Below are positions 53,020 to 64,000 of a DNA stretch of 64,000 nt, piece after piece (within the stretch, counting starts at the first letter, position 1; the number at the start of each line of letters is the position of its first letter). The stretch is taken from contig NC_067401.1 of NCBI RefSeq assembly GCF_016432865.1, positions 191,146,001 to 191,210,000 on the forward strand, written 5' to 3'. Position numbers and translations under genes: made by a program. Origin of the DNA: Antechinus flavipes. Taxonomy: Eukaryota. The notes beneath the pieces are model-generated. The model was given only the letters and a program-made list of their open reading frames with translations. It was not told the DNA's origin and ran no database searches.

Positions 53020-56000
53020 TGTGGTGAGCTTTTTCTTCTTAAAACGCAGCCAGGTGATAAAAGTTCAGATCTTTTATTATTTCCAATATAGCCCGGTTAG
53101 CTTAGAGGCCTATCTCTCTGCTTGGTTCCAAGAGCTCCCTCCGAATGTCACCAAATCCAAAGGTCTGGTCCTTCAGCCTCTGCCTCTGCTTTCTTCTATC
53201 TCCAGCCAGCTCTACTCTTCATGTCATTCCGGCAAAATCTCGACTTGTAGTGTCTTCACTCTCAAGAACCTCTTCGACTGGCCCATTGGCCTATTTATGC
53301 TCCTTCCAGAGAGAGGGATTATGGGTTTTCTCCCATAGTGCTCTCTGGTCCAAAGAGCTTCAAGGGAGGTATGAACTCATTGAACTCCAATGAGTAAAGG
53401 TGTGAACACAAGCCTTGTCTTGATTAGTTCTACTTAGTACCTTGTTTCAGGTTCTGGCCAAAACATCTTCTTGTAAGATTAGATCAACTCTAATTACTTA
53501 GCAGTTAGTAAGGATTCCAACATATCCCCCTTTCTTTTGTTTTAAAACATAGGGGGTTTCTGAGGGGGTACACATAAATCCATCAATATGGGCCAGAACT
53601 TTGTAACAGATATACATGGTATACATAAATCCATCAATATGGGAGGCATTATACATAATTTACATAAGTACATAGCAATATAACACAGGCTAGTCCATTA
53701 GTTCATGTGCCAGGAATCTAATAATTCCTGTAAGCTCTGAAGTACTGCAAAAGGTCTCATCAACAATTTTTCATCTCAGGGAATCCAGTGATTCTTGCTG
53801 GTTTTTCAGGAACTGAAAGCTGAAGATTTTAAAGTTCTTTTGACAGTCTCATTGTTAGCCTTTTCCACCTGTGAAAATATAAGCAGATCCTCTTCCCCAA
53901 GCAATTAACCTATTTAATTCTCTTCTATTTACCAAGTTTGGGATTTCTCCTCATCATCTGGTAATTACATTGGAGTTGTTTGCATTGGATATTGTCTTGT
54001 TGTCTTAAAAAGCCTGTATTCTTCCCAACTGTAATCTTGATTGCTTTTCTGTTGGTTGATGACATCAGAGTCCTGAATTTCTAAAGTCTCTCTGGGTGTA
54101 ACCTCAGCTGCTATCATGCCCCACCTGTCCTTTGATTGATACTTTGGAGCTGGGCCTTGCCTCTCCTTCCTCTGGGTCAATATACATTTAGAGGCCCAGT
54201 GAAAGCCTCGGTTACATTTTGGACATGGGGTTTTGGGTTTTCTCTCACCCTGTCTTCTCACTCTATCTCCATATCTACAATGAGCTCTCAAATGTCCAAT
54301 TTTTCCGCACTGAAAACATCGACGAGTTTCTCTAGAATTCCTCTGCCAAGAAGGACCTTGTCTTTCCATGTTCATCATAGTCTGGGCATAATAAGCATTT
54401 GTGCCCACTGTGGCACAGCGTCTTATGATTTCTTCTAAAGGAGCATCTTTGTCTAGCCCCCATATAATTCTTTTGCAAACCTCATTGGCATTTTCCTTAG
54501 CCAAATGTTTAGTCATTATTTCTGTTGCTGCATTGTCTCCAATGGTTCTTATTACAGCTGTTTGTAAACGTCCCACAAAATCTGCAAAAGGTTCATTGGG
54601 ACCTTGCTCTATTTTTGTGAAAGCATTATTTCCATCTTTCTGTCCAGGGAGAGAATTCCAAGCTTTTATTGCAGCCTTAGAAATTTGCTCATACACTGTT
54701 ATGGGATAATAAATCTGTTCTGAACTCTCTGCATACTGACCTTCTCCAGTTAGTTGGTCAAAAGCAACTTGTACAATAGCTCCTGTTTGCCTATTGCATT
54801 GGGCTTGAATCCTACATAATTCATGAAACTCTGAAAGCCACAATAAATTTTGTCCCGGTTCTAGACAAGTTTTCGTTATGGATTTCCAGTCATTCGGGGT
54901 TAGGATTTCATAAGACAAATTATCTAGTAACATCTTCACATAAGATGATGTAGCCCCATAAAGAGTGCAACCCTTTTTCAAATCTTTAATTTTTTCCAAA
55001 TTAAAAGGAGTGTATCTTCTCCTTTTTTGACCTGAGGAGTTGAGCTCTTCAATCACAGGATATGCATGTATAAAATCAGATATATCTTCTCCTTCATTTT
55101 TTGCTTTAATTAATGCTTTTTCTAATCTTGTCAAATTCTGCTTTACAGGAGAAGCTGACTGTGTTTCTGTCTCTCTCCCTCCCCCTTGTTCTACCCATGA
55201 AGGGTTAATTGCGGGGGGAGGGTCATGGGATGTGGAATCACCTAATTCCTCCTTCTGTGAAGTATCATACTCAGAATTGTAATTAACTCCATTCTCATCT
55301 GATTTGTCCTCCTTTTCACCTAGTAAAGTTGGCACTTCCTCCTGTACTTTCCTTTTCATCATTCTATCACTTAAATAACTTCTTATAGCCAATTGTATTA
55401 CATTATATGTATTAATTATTGAGTTAGGCCCATTTTTATCATAGAATTGACAAAGATCCTCTCCAACCAATTTCCATTCATTTAGATCTAATTCCTTATC
55501 AAGAGAGAAACAAGGACATATGTCCTTTACAGTTTGTAAAAGTTCAGTGATTTGCTGTAAACTTATAATTAAACCTTGGCTTTCCATAATTTTGACAATG
55601 CTCTCTAAACATTTTCCACTGAGGGGGGTCTGTTAGCCCCACGTTGGGCGCCAAAATGTGGTGAGCTTTTTCTTCTTAAAACGCAGCCAGGTGATAAAAG
55701 TTCAGATCTTTTATTATTTCCAATATAGCCCGGTTAGCTTAGAGGCCTATCTCTCTGCTTGGTTCCAAGAGCTCCCTCCGAATGTCACCAAATCCAAAGG
55801 TCTGGTCCTTCAGCCTCTGCCTCTGCTTTCTTCTACCTCCAGCCAGCTCTACTCTTCATGTCATTCCGGCAAAATCTCGACTTGTAGCGTCTTCACTCTC
55901 AAGAACCTCTTCGACTGGCCCATTGGCCTATTTATGCTCCTTCCAGAGAGAGGGATTATGGGTTTTCTCCCATAGTGCTCTCTGGTCCAAAGAGCTTCAA

Positions 56001-56159
56001 GGGAGGTATGAACTCATTGAACTCCAATGAGTAAAGGTGTGAACACAAGCCTTGTCTTGATTAGTTCTACTTAGTACCTTGTTTCAGGTTCTGGCCAAAA
56101 CATCTTCTTGTAAGATTAGATCAACTCTAATTACTTAGCAGTTAGTAAGGATTCCAACA
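53020..56159 (-). mobile_element. Young gag-only betaretroviral (class II/ERVK-type) provirus, 3140 bp
   Basis: Two 503-bp TG...CA LTRs (53020-53522, 55657-56159) differ at 2 positions. Perfect 6-bp TSD GATAGG. PBS TGGCGCCCAACGTGGGGC (55653-55636, tRNA-Lys1,2 type). PPT AAAAGAAAGGGGGATA next to the 3' LTR. Confidence 0.97.
53965..55587 (-). CDS. Betaretroviral Gag, intact 540-aa ORF (N-truncated MA, CA, NC)
   Basis: MA-like KDICPCF...EWKLVGEDL. CA with MHR IEQGPNEPFADFVGRL. Two CCHC knuckles, CFQCGKIGHLRAHC and CPKCNRGFHWASKC. No internal stop. Confidence 0.93.
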   Translation of the reverse strand: MESQGLIISLQQITELLQTVKDICPCFSLDKELDLNEWKLVGEDLCQFYDKNGPNSIINTYNVIQLAIRSYLSDRMMKRKVQEEVPTLLGEKEDKSDENGVNYNSEYDTSQKEELGDSTSHDPPPAINPSWVEQGGGRETETQSASPVKQNLTRLEKALIKAKNEGEDISDFIHAYPVIEELNSSGQKRRRYTPFNLEKIKDLKKGCTLYGATSSYVKMLLDNLSYEILTPNDWKSITKTCLEPGQNLLWLSEFHELCRIQAQCNRQTGAIVQVAFDQLTGEGQYAESSEQIYYPITVYEQISKAAIKAWNSLPGQKDGNNAFTKIEQGPNEPFADFVGRLQTAVIRTIGDNAATEIMTKHLAKENANEVCKRIIWGLDKDAPLEEIIRRCATVGTNAYYAQTMMNMERQGPSWQRNSRETRRCFQCGKIGHLRAHCRYGDRVRRQGERKPKTPCPKCNRGFHWASKCILTQRKERQGPAPKYQSKDRWGMIAAEVTPRETLEIQDSDVINQQKSNQDYSWEEYRLFKTTRQYPMQTTPM

Positions 56160-56449
56160 GATAGGAAAGAAAAGATATGCACAAACACTACAAGAATCAG
56201 GAGTAGAATTTATTAGAAAAAAAAAGTACACTAATAATCATTGATCTTAGACAAAGTCAAATTCAATAGTATTCAATAGGAGAGAAATCTACATTATATG
56301 TCAGTCATACTAATATTGTTTTAGATGCATGTTTATATATGGGTAAATGCATGTATGTATGTGTCTGAGTATATGTAGTATATACATGTTACTCTATGTA
56401 TGTGGGTCTGTAGGTGGGTATGATTGTATATGTATATATGTGTGGGTAC

Positions 56450-56451
<2 letters not shown>

Positions 56452-56498
<47 letters not shown>
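56452..56498. repeat. (TA)n microsatellite; also (CA)n at ~47889-47922 and (TA)n at ~51410-51432
   Basis: Directly visible. Confidence 0.9.
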
Positions 56499-56501
<3 letters not shown>

Positions 56502-59322
56502 GTGCTTAACTTTAATCTGCTTGGGAGAAGTGGGAGTAGGGATGAAAGGGGGGGAAAAGAATAAAGTAAAAATATATTTGAAGCAGAGAATAAAAGAACA
56601 AACAAGGAAGCAAAGAAAAGAGGGACATTCATGAATATAATTTCTCCTACTATTATATATCCTTTCTTGAACTGGTAATTTATTATTTTATATTTTAATC
56701 CTCCCTGATGTTCTGCTGGATACATGACTATGTTCTGTTTTGTTTTATTTTCCTTTTCTGTTTTCTTTTTCTATTTTTTTCTATTATGTTTTCCTTTAAA
56801 GAAAAAAAGAAAGAAAATGGAACTAATACTACATCACTGGGGATAAATGTAAAAAAGTAGCCTGATCCTCTAAGAAATAGCATCAGGAATGCTAGCTCTC
56901 TGAGTTTGACTTTGATTCTTGGAAGAATTCTAAAATGCATTATTAAAATATTAGTTAGTAAGCATTTGGAGAAGGAAGAAATGATCTTTTAGAATCATTC
57001 TAGCTTTATCAAGAATAAATGATTTGGATGTAGGTAACATGCTTTATCATTCCTTCCCTGGAATTCTGAATTATCAGTTTTCAAGTCTTTCAAAGCTATT
57101 TCTATAACATTACATTGTTTTTTAGAAGGAATATTTAAATGAATCATCTATGAACAAAACAGAATGAAAACAGATTTCATTTTTGTCTATATCACAAACA
57201 TCTATGAGAGTTCCCAGAATGTAGTAGACACTAAGTAAATGTTAGTTGATTCAAAGAATGCAAGACCTCTATATGTATACAGCTATACCTTCTATATTTT
57301 TATACTTATATTTTTATCTTCAAATACTTAAAATAGGAGAATTGTCTAAAAGAAAGGGAAGTATATTAAACTTGAAAAGTAGCACTCCTTTATAAAAATC
57401 TTTTTGATAGTTTAAAATATTTTTTTCAGATCCTGAAAAGAGAAGGAAGAACTCAGTTTGTGAAAAACTAAGAATGGTTATTTAAGATTAGAATTAGAAG
57501 CAGATAAACAGAGTAAATTGTGTTTTTTGAACCAGGTCAAGAAATTTAGATTAAAGCAGCTTGGGCTACAAAGAATTTAAGCCACAAAAAAGCACTTGTG
57601 TTTATTTACTAGTTTGAGTTACATGATGAAATCTGAAAATTTGGTTAATTAGAAAAGTTACTATAGTATATGTTTAAAATGTTTCTTCAAAACCAAACTT
57701 TTATGTGTTTTTCAGTATTAAAAGATGCCCTAGGGCAGCTAGGAAGTGCAGTAGATAGAGAGAGCACCAGCCCTGAACTCAGGAGGACCTGAGTTCAATA
57801 GACACTTAATACGTCCTGGATGTGTGACCCTGGGCAAGTCACTTAACCGCAATTGCCTCAGCCCCCAAAAAAAAAAAAAATGCACTGTATAACAAATGTA
57901 TCAATAAATTCTACATCTAAAATAGTTTTCTTTCCACTACTAGAAAGAATAAATGATTTGCAGTTCCAATAAGATGGCAGAAGGTTGTAATTTTTTAAAA
58001 GTCTAGCTCTTCAATATTTTCTCTATAGATAAAAATGCCCCCAAATAAATGTTAATTAATTAAAATGGGAAAGATAGAATAAGAAGATCAATTCAAAAGA
58101 AAATTGTTTTAGGTAAGAAAAGAGTAAGAAGGTATTCAAGCAGAAAATATGACGAACAAATATTAGGGATTTAAATATTCCAAAGAAACACGATCATAAG
58201 GGAAAAAATAATGCATCAACTTCATTAGCAATAGAAACAAAGATGAAATTAATGCAAGACTCTATAGAGTTAGATTTCAAAAACAAAACACCTTATAGGA
58301 AATAGGAAATGAAATGTAAAGGGTTGCAAAGCCTTTGGCAAAACTGAAAAGTACTGTATAAATAAATTATTTGGTTTGATAATAATGATTATTAAATTTT
58401 TATGTTACAGATGAAAAAAACTTGCTATGGTCACATGACTTAATTGACAGGAAAAAAAAAAAAGTGTAAAAGAAATGGACCGTGTTTTCCTACATGGACC
58501 CTTAGACTACTATATCCTTGGCAACTTTCCCACTCAAACTGCTGTTTTTAAAGAGAGGGATGAAAGGATCAGTTCTGATGTCAAGTGACCAACTCCACGA
58601 CTAAAACAGTGAAAGCAAAACAAAACAATGAGAGGTTAGATGAGGGTTTTGGAAGCTGACCTGGCTTGTCACCAATCACCAGCCTATGTGGCTCCATGGG
58701 CATCTTTGGTTGACTGCTTATGGCACCAGCATTAGTCCTCCTTCCTTTTGAAAGAGAACCCAGTGACATTAAGAGTGGGTCTTGACTCTTGCCCGAATTA
58801 TATTTAAATGAGGCAGAGTTACATAAAGTCAACAACTTCACTCTCTCTTCCAGAATCATGAAAGTCCCAAGGTCAGGACAACTGGAGAGCGTCTGAGATG
58901 ACCTTATTTGAGCAAGCTCTAAGCATTCCACAGCCCCTTCTTCAATCACCTTCATGGTCATTGACTCCATGTTCTGGCATAGACAGCTCCCTAACCCGAC
59001 AATGTAGCCCTTCAGGTATCAGGTATCCTGCTGAGACAGTTCTAATGGGGTGTGGCCACTGTACACTGTAAGCTTCTTGGAGTCGTAGATGAGCAGCCTT
59101 GTAGGGCTTGGCAGCCCTCATACATAGGCCCTGCTCCTGTCTGAACATCCCATACACCCGTGTTCGTTCACTATCATCTCTCCCGCTTGATCTCTCAGTG
59201 TGGGCCAAAACAAGCAATCAATAATTATTATTCACATGGCCTTCCCAGAAATTCCTGGTCTTAAGGACAAAATGGAAAAATATGACTGACTCTGAAGACA
59301 AAAAAAAGGGGTGGGGGGGAGA

Positions 59323-59558
59323 NNNNNNNNNNNNNNNNNNNNNNNNNNNNNNNNNNNNNNNNNNNNNNNNNNNNNNNNNNNNNNNNNNNNNNNNNNNNNN
59401 NNNNNNNNNNNNNNNNNNNNNNNNNNNNNNNNNNNNNNNNNNNNNNNNNNNNNNNNNNNNNNNNNNNNNNNNNNNNNNNNNNNNNNNNNNNNNNNNNNNN
59501 NNNNNNNNNNNNNNNNNNNNNNNNNNNNNNNNNNNNNNNNNNNNNNNNNNNNNNNNNN
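59323..59558. other. Assembly gap (236 N); a second gap lies at 62021-62235 (215 N)
   Basis: Runs of n. Confidence 0.98.
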
Positions 59559-59892
59559 GAAAGGAAAAACACCACCACCACCAACAACAAAATCAACTTT
59601 TTACATTTCTACTGCCCGGAATTTCTTGTTCTTATTTGGGGGAGACTGAAGATGAAAACCTTCATCTCCCCACAGCTCCCAGCCTCTCCCGGCACGACCT
59701 GCTCCCCTCTTCTCATCCTGTCTGTGCAGACAAGGGCTCTGGTGGGGAAGGGGGAGGAGGGTACATCCTAGTGTGCACGTCTGAGTGGGCCGTATCCCTG
59801 CTAAGCGTCAGTCCTGTGCACCGAATATTTAAAAACAAATTTTAACATGAACAGAAATAAAATTTTTAATAGTCTGTGAAAAAAAGGGCTGC

Positions 59893-60556
59893 AGTGTTTC
59901 TATTGGGCTTATATCCCAAAGAAATACTAAAGAAGGGAAAGGGACCTGTATGTGCCAAAATGTTTGTAGCAGCCCTGTTTGTAGTGGCTAGAAACTGGAA
60001 AATGAATGGATGCCCATCAATTGGAGAATGGCTGGGTAAATTGTGGTATATGAATGTTATGGAATATTATTGTTCTGTAAGAAATGACCAGCAGGATGAA
60101 TACAGAGAGGCTTGGAGAGACCTACATGAACTGATGCTAAGTGAAATGAGTAGAACCAGGAGATCATTATACACTTCGACAACGATATTGTATGAGGACA
60201 TATTTTGATGGAAGTGGATTTCTTTGACAAAGAGACCTGAGTTTCAATTGATAAATGACGGACAAAAGCAGCTACACCCAAAGAAAGAACACTGGAAACG
60301 AATGTGAACTATCTGCATTTTGTTTCTCTTCCGGATTATTTATACCTTCTGAATCCAATTCTCCCTATGCAACAAGAGAACTGTTCGGTTCTGCAAACAT
60401 ATATTGTATCTAGGATATACTGCAACATATCCAACATATAAAGGACTGCTTGCCATCTAGGGGAGGGGGTGGAGGGAGGGAGGGGGAAAAAAATCGGAAC
60501 AGAAATGAGTGTAAATATAATGTAATTATTAAATAAAAAAAAAAAAAAAAAAAAAA
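59893..60556 (+). mobile_element. Young 5'-truncated L1 (664 bp: ORF2 C-terminus, 3' UTR, poly-A) with a 15-bp TSD
   Basis: TSD GAAAAAAAGGGCTGC at 59878-59892 and 60557-60571. ORF LLGLYPKEIL...ARNWKMNGCPSIGEWLGKLWY. Empty site in copy 2 at 62511-62525. Confidence 0.95.
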
Positions 60557-60610
60557 GAAAAAAAGGGCTGCGTATAAGCCAGGTGTGGAGCAGTTGTAGC
60601 CTATTGATTA

Positions 60611-60628
60611 CTCACCAGATGGCGCCCC
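60611..60628 (+). promoter_or_regulatory. CTCF-like motif, duplicated at 62565-62582
   Basis: CTCACCAGATGGCGCCCC closely matches the CCACCAGRKGGCGC core. Motif match only. Confidence 0.55.
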
Positions 60629-63539
60629 TTCCCCATCCCACTCCACTCCTTCAACCCCAAAGACTAAGTCGTCCGCACTTTCACTGGAAGTCTATTGGTA
60701 GGACCTGGAATAGAACCAGAATTTTCAAAAATGCAAATTTCTTCAACTCATTAAATCCCCGTTTCCACGATATGACTGTTTTCTTTCAACCACAACTTCC
60801 CGAGCTCATAGGAAGAGAGTGAGGTTGGGGGAACTGTGGGTATGTGTGGGAGGGGGCTTCTAGGAGCAGTTTAATGCCAAACAGCTACACGCGAGCAGCG
60901 GTGGTCAAGTGGCTTGTTTCCTTGTCAAGCTTCTCTCTGGGGTGAAAAGGGAGACTAAGGTGTGCTCTGGAATATCATGAAACTTTCAAAAAACCTTGTT
61001 CCTCATTGGGACGTCCCCACCCCAATCAGATGGGAGAAAAAATCTCTTCTTGCTTTGGGTCAGCTTAATCCCATGCATCACTCAGATTTTTCACAGGTTA
61101 TATTTATAGCCACGGACTTTAATAATGTAAATAGAATTAAATACAAAAAAAATTAAACTAGCAGGCCGCAGTATGGATGGCAATCTGGGAAATAGATCTA
61201 CTATATCCTTGGCAACTTTCCCACTCAAACTGCTGTTTTTAAAGAGAGGGATGAAAGGATCAGTTCTGATGTCAAGTGACCAACTCCACGACTAAAACAG
61301 TGAAAGCAAAACAAAACAATGAGAGGTTAGATGAGGGTTTTGGAAGCTGACCTGGCTTGTCACCAATCACCAGCCTATGTGGCTCCATGGGCATCTTTGG
61401 TTGACTGCTTATGGCACCAGCATTAGTCCTCCTTCCTTTTGAAAGAGAACCCAGTGACATTAAGAGTGGGTCTTGACTCTTGCCCGAATTATATTTAAAT
61501 GAGGCAGAGTTACACAAAGTCAACAACTGCACTCTCTCTTCCAGAATCATGTCCCAAGGTCAGGACAACTGCAGAGCGTCTGAGATGACCTTATTTGAGC
61601 AAGCTCTAAGCATTCCACAGCCCCTTCTTCAATCACCTTCATGGTCATTGACTCCATGTTCTGGCATAGACAGCTCCCTAACCCGACAATGTAGTCCATC
61701 AGGTATCCGGTGGTTTAGCCCACCTGCTGAGACAGTTCTAATGGGGTGTGGCCACTGTACATTGTAAGCTTCTTGGAGTCGTAGATGAGCAGCCTTGTAG
61801 GGCTTGGCAGCCCTCATACATAGGCCCTGCTCCTGTCTGAACATCCCATACACCCGTGTTCGTTCACTATCATCTCTCCCGCCTGATCTCTCAGTGTGGG
61901 CCAAAACAAGCAATCAATAATTATTACTCACATGGCCTTCCCAGAAATTCCTGGTCTTAAGGACAAAATGGAAAAATATGACGGACTCTGAAGACAAAAA
62001 AAAGGGGTGGGGGGGAGAGANNNNNNNNNNNNNNNNNNNNNNNNNNNNNNNNNNNNNNNNNNNNNNNNNNNNNNNNNNNNNNNNNNNNNNNNNNNNNNNN
62101 NNNNNNNNNNNNNNNNNNNNNNNNNNNNNNNNNNNNNNNNNNNNNNNNNNNNNNNNNNNNNNNNNNNNNNNNNNNNNNNNNNNNNNNNNNNNNNNNNNNN
62201 NNNNNNNNNNNNNNNNNNNNNNNNNNNNNNNNNNNTTCTACTGCCCGGAATTTCTTGTTCTTATTTGGGGGAGACTGAAGATGAAAACCTTCATCTCCCC
62301 ACAGCTCCCAGCCTCTCCCGGCACGACCTGCTCCCCTCTTCCTTCTCATCCTGTCTGTGCAGACAAGGGCTCTGGTGGGGAAGGGGGAGGAGGGTACATC
62401 CTAGTGTGCACGTCTGAGTGGGCCGGATCCCTGCTAAGCGTCAGTCCTGTGCACCGAATATTTAAAAACAAATTTTAACATGAACAGAAATGAAATTTTT
62501 AATGGTCTGTGAAAAAAAGGGCTGCGTATAAGCCAGGTGTGGAGCAGTTGTAGCCTATTGATTACTCACCAGATGGCGCCCCTTCCCCATCCCACTCCAC
62601 TCCTTCAACCCCAAAGACTAAGTCGTCCGCACTTTCCCTGGAAGTCTATTGGTAGGACCTGGAATAGAACCAGAATTTTCAAAAATGCAAATTTCTTCAA
62701 CTCATTAAATCCCCGTTTCCATGATATGACTGTTTTCTTTCAACCACAACTTCCCGAGCTCATAGGAAGAGAGTGAGGTTGGGGGAACTGTGGGTATGTG
62801 TGGGAGGGGGCTTCTAGGAGCAGTTTAATGCCAAACAGCTACACGCGAGCAGCGGTGGTCAAGTGGCTTGTTTCCTTGTCAAGCTTCTCTCTGGGGTGAA
62901 AAGGGAGACTAAGGTGTGCTCTGGAATATCATGAAACTTTCAAAAAACCTTGTTCCTCATTGGGACGTCCCCACCCCAATCAGATGGGAGAAAAAATCTC
63001 TTCTTGCTTTGGGTCAGCTTAATCCCATGCATCACTCAGATTTTTCACAGGTTATATTTATAGCCACGGACTTTAATAATGTAAATAGAATTAAATACAA
63101 AAAAAATTAAACTAGCAGGCCGCAGTATGGATGGCAATCTGGGAAATAGATCTGCTTTCTCCTCCTTGCCCTCCCTTTCCTTCTACCTTTCTGAGAGAAA
63201 AATAGCAAAATGATACAAATCAAACCTCCCAAAACTTGGACAAGGAAAACTTGGACTCCAGGAAATCAAATGAACAGGCCAATCAGTGATTGGCCTAAAT
63301 ACTCTCTGCCTTGATTTCCCCCTCATCTCCCATCCCTGGTTCCTGGATTTCCTCCTCTAGGCATATCTTCTTAATATTAGCATGCTATTTCATCTATTTT
63401 ACCTATCATTATAGATTATTATTTATTTTTCCTGTAATAACTGTACAATTCCTAATAATAACTATAAAATCTGTATACCTTTAGATACTACACAGGTATA
63501 ACGTATACTACCTAATAAAGAAACTAGGGAAGTTAATAG

Positions 63540-64000
63540 GATCCTAGAATACCTGGATATGATATACCTCTGGAGAAAATTGAATACAGACAGAAAGGAG
63601 TAAACATTTTTCTCAGTAGTACATGGCAGTTACAGAAAAATTGACCATATATTAGGGCATAAAAACTTCACAATCAAATGTGGAATGGCAAAAATAGTAA
63701 ATGTTTCCTTTTCAGAACACAATATAATAAAAAGTATATCCAATAAGGGGATACGAAAAGATAGACTAAAAACCAATTGGAAATTAAATAATATAATTCT
63801 AAAGAATGAGTGGGTCAAACAACAAATCACAAAAATAATTCATATTTTCATTCAAGAGAATGACAATAATGAGACAACATACCAAAATCTATGAGATACA
63901 GCCAAAGCAGTTTTTAGGGGAAATTTATATCTCTAAGTAGCTACACGAATAAAACAGAAAAAGACAAGATTAATAAATTAGGCATGCAAATAAAAAAGCT
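63540..64000 (+). mobile_element. L1 ORF2 endonuclease-region fragment (runs off the right edge)
   Basis: KIDHILGHK...FSEHN...NWKLNNIILKNEWVKQQI...ENDNNETTYQNL is typical L1 ORF2 text. Confidence 0.88.

Larger units (their letters stand above)
52280..56700 (+). mobile_element. Old L1 (ORF1/inter-ORF region) hosting the betaretroviral insertion
   Basis: A-rich L1-like text on both sides of the provirus, continuous across the GATAGG TSD. Confidence 0.55.
58507..63153. repeat. Head-to-tail tandem segmental duplication: copy 1 58507-61197 (with L1), copy 2 61198-63153
   Basis: Colinear, about 99% identical by eye (roughly 15 substitutions or indels). 2-nt CT microhomology at the junction. Each copy has an N gap at the equivalent position. 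Confidence 0.93.

Noticed and set aside
53021-53393. Duplicated 105-aa and 82-aa ORFs (also 55658-56030)
   Set aside because: Antisense ORFs within the two near-identical LTRs; no evidence of coding function.
58942-59217. RLLIYDSKKL as an Ig or TCR V-segment remnant
   Set aside because: No conserved Cys or W-x-x-Q in frame, no YYC and no recombination signal sequence.
59261-59845. ORFs spanning the N runs (also 61957-62478)
   Set aside because: Artefacts of translating assembly gaps.

Overview
Marsupial genomic DNA, most likely a dasyurid such as the Tasmanian devil (inferred from WSINE1-type SINEs, RTE-derived SINEs, an OC1 hAT transposon and young L1 3' ends). It covers the extended MHC class II region. 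The first 18 kb is gene-dense: the 5' end of RXRB (minus strand, head-to-head with SLC39A7), complete SLC39A7/ZIP7 (7 coding exons, 539 aa), complete HSD17B8 (9 exons, 259 aa), MIR219-1, complete RING1 (6 coding exons, 408 aa) and an apparently intact KRAB-C2H2 zinc-finger gene (12 fingers). I walked the exon boundaries by hand; each has a GT donor or AG acceptor and keeps the reading frame (the first zinc-finger exon is the exception). The remaining ~46 kb has no recognisable host gene and is nested transposable elements: L1, L2, MIR, RTE, SINEs, a deleted gamma-type ERV, solo LTRs, a near full-length OC1, a very young gag-only betaretroviral provirus, and a ~2 kb tandem duplication with an L1 in one copy only. 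Best leads: (1) the gag-only, non-myristoylated betaretroviral element, which resembles mouse MusD/ETn; (2) the intact KRAB-ZNF at the position where I recall human has the pseudogene ZNF70P1, with a 16-aa deletion in KRAB-A; (3) a 12-aa tandem expansion of the ZIP7 His-rich domain; (4) closure of the eutherian RXRB N-terminal reading frame. Gene names and cross-species comparisons come from my recall of the proteins, not from database searches. Repeat boundaries without a TSD are approximate.
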